Made by a program: the position numbers and the translations under genes. The notes beneath the pieces are model-generated. The model ran no database searches, was not told the origin of the DNA, and worked only from the letters and a program-made list of their open reading frames with translations. Shown here in pieces: positions 58,311-64,000 of a DNA stretch of 64,000 nucleotides (the stretch's first letter is position 1; every line of letters starts with the position of its first letter). Source of the DNA: Ramazzottius varieornatus (Eukaryota > Animalia > Tardigrada); contig BDGG01000001.1 in NCBI GenBank assembly GCA_001949185.1, forward strand, positions 2,931,324 through 2,995,323, read 5' to 3'.

Positions 58311-60921
58311 TTACTCCGACCTAATGTTTATACCAACCTTGGTTTCCGCCGTTGTAGTAGTTGGTGTAGAGGTCGGTTTCGATGGACCAGCTGGGAAGAC
58401 GGGTCGGTCAGAGTCGTCGTTATTACTATTGTCACTCGAAGCGTCGTTTGAGCTGTTGCCGTTATTCATGCTGGTTTTGTTGTCATCAGAAGGCTGTTGA
58501 GGCGCCGGAGGTTGAGGTGGGTTGTTTCCTAGAGATCACGCTGTTTCTCAAGACTTACCGCATATGTTTTCAGGTGGCAGGTGTGCTTACTTGGGTTGAA
58601 GCCTCCGTCACCGGGAATGCCGAAGTTGCGCTGAGGTCCCTGGAAACCTTGAGGACCTAGTGGGCCCCCGAAGCTTTGTTGGCCTGGGAAGCCAGGGCTG
58701 CTGCCACCGAATGGCGAACCGCCACCACCGAACGGAGAGCTACCACCACCGAAAGGGGAGCCACCACCCATCATCGGATTAGAACCCATGCCTGGATAGC
58801 TCGAACCTGGATGAAATAAGGTGAACAATCTTACCCGTAGACTCGTAGCCTGACTTAGTGGTTACGGTACTGACCTTGTCCCATCATTCCAGGATAACCG
58901 CCCATCTGTCCGCCTCCATATGGGCTGGACATTCCGGGCATTCCTCCCATTCCGGGCATGCCACCTCCTAGCCCGCCATATGGTGACTGACTGGGACTTG
59001 CGCCAGGGAAGCCACCGCCAGGGAAGCCACCGCCAGGGAAGCCACCGGCTCCGCCTGGGAAACCGCTACCTCCGAATCCGCCACCGGGACCGGAAAAGAC
59101 CTGGGAAGGAGTGTTCTGCATGAAGCTGGTGGGAGCCGCGAAAGGATTCTGAGCACCAGAGGCGCCACCTAGGTAAGCAGATAAGTTTGGAAAATTTATC
59201 CCGTCTCTAACACGATACGAAAGGTCTCAAATCTGATGTATTTCTGAGAAAAAAGTTTGGAGGAAGCGTACCTGCGAAGGGACTAGTTGAGCCGGAGAAT
59301 GGACTTTGAACCGATGAGAAGGGGTTGGGTGCGGAAGAGCCATAAGGACTTTGAGCTCCAAACGGACCACTAGAACCATAAGGTGAAGCAGCCCCGAAAG
59401 GACTAGAAGCTCCTGTTAGGCTATTTGAAGGTGCTGAGGGACTGAGCGAGAATCCTTGTGGGTTCTGGCTACCAGCAGATGCTAGCTGAGATCCTTGGGA
59501 CTGAAGTGCTGCTTTCGTGGCTTGGCCAGTCGTTCCGCCCGCTGCAGTCTTGGAGTTGCCTTTGTTCAACAAAGCTGCCCATGGATCGTCAAAAATGGAG
59601 CCTATGCCTCCAGCTCCAAAGGTTTCCTGCATGTTCTGTTGGTTCTGCTGCTGTGGGCTTTGTAGGTTCGGCATGGGTTGAGGTCCGCCTTCTTGACCAC
59701 CAGGTCCACCCGGTCCGCCGCCAAATCCTCCTGGAGGTCCTTGCATCATCGGGTTCATCATACCTCCTTGACCACCAGGTCCTCCACCGAAGCCCCCCGG
59801 AGGTCCCTGCATCATCGGGTTCATCATACCTCCTTGACCACCAGGTCCACCCGGTCCGCCGCCAAATCCCCCTGGAGGTCCTTGCATCATCGGGTTCATC
59901 ATACCTCCTTGACCACCAGGTCCTCCACCGAAGCCCCCCGGAGGTCCCTGCATCATAGGGTTCATCATTCCACCCTGGCCGGGTTGCTGCATCATTTGAG
60001 GGTTCATCATGCCTTGTCCTCCTTGCGGCATCATCATAGGGTTGAAGCTAGAAGGCTGGCCTTGGAACTGAGGGCCCATCATGGGGCTTCCTTGTTGGCC
60101 ACCGAAGCCTCCAGGTCCCATCATAGGGTTTCCCTGTCCACCGAAACCTCCCGGTGGCATCATTGGGTTAGACTGACCACCGAGACCCCCGGGTGGTGGC
60201 ATCATGCTCATAGGATTGCCTTGACCGCCAAAACCTCCAGCACCCATCATTGAGCTCTGTGGGGGACCTCCGAGACCACTCATCATGGGGTTTTGCATGG
60301 ACTGTTGCGATGGTCCGGCAAACTGCTGGCTAACAAATTGCTGGGTCGGTGTTTGCTGCGAACTAGCTGCGGAAGGTCTTGCTTGTTGACTCTTTTGCGC
60401 GTTAAGAGCCACATTTATACTAGAAGATATTATTGATCAATCACCCTTCAGAGTTTTTAACTAATCAGTTTGAAAACGAACGAAGAAAAATTTTGTGAAA
60501 TTGGAGTACAAAGTGAACTTACTTGTTGAATGGTGTCGCGCTTCCAGAGAATCGAGGGTTCGTTTGGGTGCTGGCAGCTCTTCCTTCTCCTAGGTATGCG
60601 CTATATCGGCTAGTAGGCTGATATCCGGTACCGCTGGTGCCATCGTACGCGGGAAAGTTCGATCTTGCTTGAGCAAAGTTGGGCGAGGTACTTCCTGCCG
60701 AATATTGACTTGGGTACTGAGACCGTGCAGTCGGGGTGGAGTAATAATCTGACACGGATGCTGTGGCGGCAGGATACTGACTGGTGGGAGAAGGGGCAGG
60801 CGCTGCACGGACTCCAACTAGAAAACAATTCGTCTAAAAATGATCGATAAAATTGCCAAAATATTTTGAAGTAAGTCTTACCGATTATCACAGAAAGTAA
60901 TATTCCCAAATACTGGTCCAT
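58311..60921 (-). CDS. Secreted Gly/Pro/Met/Gln/Phe-rich low-complexity protein (multi-exon; 3' end approximate)
   Basis: Signal MDQYLGILLSVII|VGVRA; in-frame exons rich in GGF, SPFGG, PGGGF and MMNPMMQGPPGGFGGGP. Confidence 0.8.
59692..59975 (-). repeat. Coding tandem repeat: alternating 66- and 75-nt units forming a 141-nt higher-order repeat (x2)
   Basis: GGQGGMMNPMMQGPPGGFGGGP(GGP) x4; CTTGACCACCAGGTCCACCCGG recurs at 59692 and 59833. Confidence 0.9.
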
Positions 60922-62340
60922 TTCCAGGCGGAAGCGGGAAGTATGTATCCGGGCAGCTCGTGGCTGCGATCGGTGGGAAAGCGACGACCAGTATCCGGGT
61001 GATGTGGTGCGTTTAGGTGCCACGTAAAAATAATGTGATTAGCCGTGTCTTGTTCTGACTGCGATGGGGCGAACGATTCTTTCCGTTATGAATCTTCTTC
61101 TCTCAAATATCAACAGCAAATATCTTTGGTGATGACAGTGATATTTGCCGGTGGGCAGTCATTTTCTGGTTTTGTGATGCGAAGGCCAGCCGGATGGGGT
61201 CATTGCCGCAAAACGGTCGATCTTTCACCTCGAAGCTTCTCTACGAGTGAGTCGATAAGGAACTTTTCATTTCACGATGTCCGTCACATCACGATATGAT
61301 TCTTGCTTTCACGGACACTGAGAATATCAATAGCTCACCTCCGGATACTATGCGAAGCGTTCGCTTTGCATGAGGTCCGCTCATTGAAAGAGGCTTTGTT
61401 GTACTCGTACTGTAGGCTTGGTCTTATTACGAAGTACCCTAATCGGACTACTTCTCGTGAATCATGTTCATAGACGTCTACTCCGTGAAATGTGGGCTAA
61501 TTGCGACCACTGCCAAAATACGACTGAAACGTCGAAACGTTAGTCAAAAAGGCTTGGCCAGTTGTCGAACACTTCTCTGAATCCTTCTGTCCAAAATGGC
61601 AGAAGGAAACGATCGAAGAGCGAACTCCCGATCGATCGCTTCTTTCAGGTTTGTTAAACGATAATGTGCCCGTAAAAAGGCGTATTGTCAACGAAAATTC
61701 TGACGAATAATGAGAGAGCTAAGATGATGTGGTAGTGCTTTTCTCTTTGACGCGATCTTAATGGAGGTTTTTCCATCGGTTGTTTTTCTGTGGACCGCGA
61801 TCAGTTGTCAGTTTCTACTTTTCTAACCGAGATGGTAGATTTCTAGCGTACATTTCTGGTGTACTAATTGAAACACCCATGACCAAAGGAGCACTGGGGC
61901 AGTGGCGACACACGACCCACTCTTCTCATGAAACCAGTTACTAGTTTGAACTGCGAACGTCAGAATACTTGCGGAGAAACAGGTTATGTACTACGCACTT
62001 GTCAATCATTTGGAAAACATTCCCTCAGCAAGTGATGTGCAACGTCGACACAAATTATTTGCTGAAACTTTGCTGCCTTCTGGCAATAAACTCAGGCTCA
62101 TCACTCATTTTCGCTTACCGCTTTCTCTTTGGCAAAGCCCCATTGTTATTCGACATACCGGCAGCGGAAAGTGACACAAAGAACCGGACTTAATATTAAT
62201 AAACTACCGGTGATACGTAGACCAGGGGGAGAATCGAACACATTCATCTCCAATACCACCAGGCTGTGCAAAAGTCAAAGCATTCAAACATGAAACATTC
62301 TGTAGGTCCAACGAACAGCAGATGAAAACATTACGGTTTT

Positions 62341-63762
62341 CTAACTTCTTTGTCCTCATTAGACAAATGGTCTAATATCGTTTTGGCTTCGGTCGGACTG
62401 AAAGTCCATGCGATATTCTCCGAGTCGACGTGCGGGGCGGGACATCTGTAAACGATAAACACAGTCAATACACCGTCAAAACCAGTCTCATGACAGCGCT
62501 AAGTGACTTCATGGCATCTCTGTCCCAATGTTTTGCGAATATGTTCCGAAAACGGAAGCCCGGCGGACAAACTCGACAAGGTTGTGTTTTCTAAGTGGCG
62601 CACGTTTCCAGTGTTATTGGCGGTAACATGCGCCACTTGGGAATGATCTTGTCAAGTTTGCTGGCACGCAGTCCCAAATATTTCAAAAACACATACTTTT
62701 ATTTCTTTTTCAGAGTCGAAAATCAGAGGTATGTTTCTGTCAATGTTTCTAACAAACCTTTCTCCGCTAGGACATGTTGCCGGCGAATCTGCGGTGGAGA
62801 ACTTTACACAGTCTTTACAGCACCGGAAGCAGAATCTGTGTTCTTGGACACTAGGGCACTGTATGTAATTTGCGTTGTCGATAACTTTATGGCACAGCCT
62901 GCATTTCACTGCAGCGGGTGGAGTTCGCGACGGCGGACTGGACAACTGCGGCCTGTCCACCCCGTTGTGTTGGGAGTCGTTAGAGCCACGCTTCGAGCCA
63001 TACGTTCCACGGGGCGGTATAGGCGAGTTGTTTCTTTGTTGTGCTTGTAAATGCTTTTGATGGGCGTTGGCTAATTCCGAAACCTGCGAGAGCAAGTTCA
63101 CATTTTAGGTCTGCATAAAGAGATAGAAACCAAATTAACATCCATTCCATCGTAAAAAACAATCCAGAATAAAAATGTGAAATTTCCGCGATAAAAGGTG
63201 TGAAAGATTTTGACTGAAATTTTGAACTCTTGAATGATCGACGGTTAGAATACCTGTGAGTGGACGGCTGCTGACATGGCGATAAGAGGGTTCTGTGTTA
63301 GTAGCAGTTCGCCATTGGCATTCGTATCTGCGTTATCTATCCTTAGAGCTTGTGGTAGATTCCCGTGCATGTGAACCAGTTCTTGTAGTTCTTTGTGCGG
63401 TGGTCTGGAAACTGCAGAGGAAGCAGGGTGAGGTGGTGGATGTTTGGACCACCGATTGCTGGATATCGTGGCGGGTAATGAGCCGCGTCGAGGACTGTGT
63501 TTGGGGGACGAAGCGGCGCCACCGCTCATTTGCATGGACAGGGCAGACGTCGAGAACTTCCCGTCATTGTGGAAGCGGTCGTTAGGGTGGTCGTGACTGG
63601 GTTCTTTGGGAGTGTACTCGGGGTGTCTAGGCTGGTGGGACGGCTTTGGTTCTGGTCTGCTGGGAACGACGAAGGCACCTTGTATGTCCCCTATTGTTAC
63701 AGGGGGAACGGCACGAGGCTCCGAGTTGAAATAGTAGGCTCGCTTCATCCGCCGTGTCTGCT
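62341..63762 (-). CDS. IRF2BP: Interferon regulatory factor 2-binding protein (IRF2BP)-like, 5'-partial
   Basis: C-terminal RING CRLCHKVIDNANYIQCPSVQEHRFCFRC...CPSGE|RCP...WTF; the exon start EQTRRMKRAY matches the end of the N-terminal zinc finger (ETARQLKRAH), whose exon presumably lies beyond the window. Confidence 0.85.
62566..62661 (-). repeat. Intronic hairpin family, copy h (IRF2BP intron)
   Basis: GACAAACTCGACAAGG..AAGTGGCGCACGT-loop-ACATGCGCCACTTGG..GATCTTGTCAAGTTTG; on the minus strand the loop reads GCCAATAACACTG. Confidence 0.8.
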
Positions 63763-64000
63763 CTGCGATTCCAAAAAGTACCGATCAGAAATCATTGAAA
63801 GAAGCCTAACCGACCACGAAATTCTCGGTTCTTGTTTGCATCAAAACTCCAAAGTTGGTCGTGCAGCATTCGGAGATATTGCTTTCGACGCTGCCTTTTT
63901 CCGAGGAAAATTCCTGTCCAGCACCAGCTGAACAGGCATTTCCGTCACGCAGTCTTTTCTTTTGAATTTTACTACCCACCGATCATCCATTCGATTCTTT

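Noticed and set aside
59458-60253. Long plus-strand ORFs with repeats (HHRVHH...)
   Set aside because: Antisense shadows of the Gly/Met-rich coding repeat; most other short ORFs in the track are likewise shadows or intron read-throughs.

Overview
Gene-dense eukaryotic (invertebrate) genomic window with very short GT-AG introns (mostly about 55-90 nt) and roughly 47% GC by eye. This architecture fits a compact ecdysozoan genome such as a tardigrade's, which is inference only. I can reconstruct about 18 spliced host genes: peritrophin/CBM14, SLC26, a tandem-NYN gene, PPP4R1, NudE-like, an adhesion GPCR, cofilin, MARF1, two Kazal proteins, CRISP/CAP, a secreted Cys/Pro-rich protein, GGA, a small HSP, a secreted Cys-rich orphan, a serpin, a Gly/Met/Pro elastomer-like protein and IRF2BP. 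The window also holds one tRNA-Ile(AAT) plus two fragments, a PIF/Harbinger-type transposon nested in a hAT-like MITE, and several intronic non-autonomous elements (piggyBac-, Merlin-, Tc1-like and foldback types). The three most interesting observations are: (1) a 384-aa gene made of two MARF1-derived NYN RNase domains, one degenerate and one with catalytic acids, each retaining the 118-nt NYN exon of the MARF1 gene 22 kb away; (2) a family of at least 8 intronic ~100-nt hairpins whose asymmetric loop lies on the sense strand in all 7 host-gene copies; (3) a 6-Cys module shared by a head-to-head pair of otherwise unrelated secreted proteins. All gene models were spliced by hand and no database searches were run.
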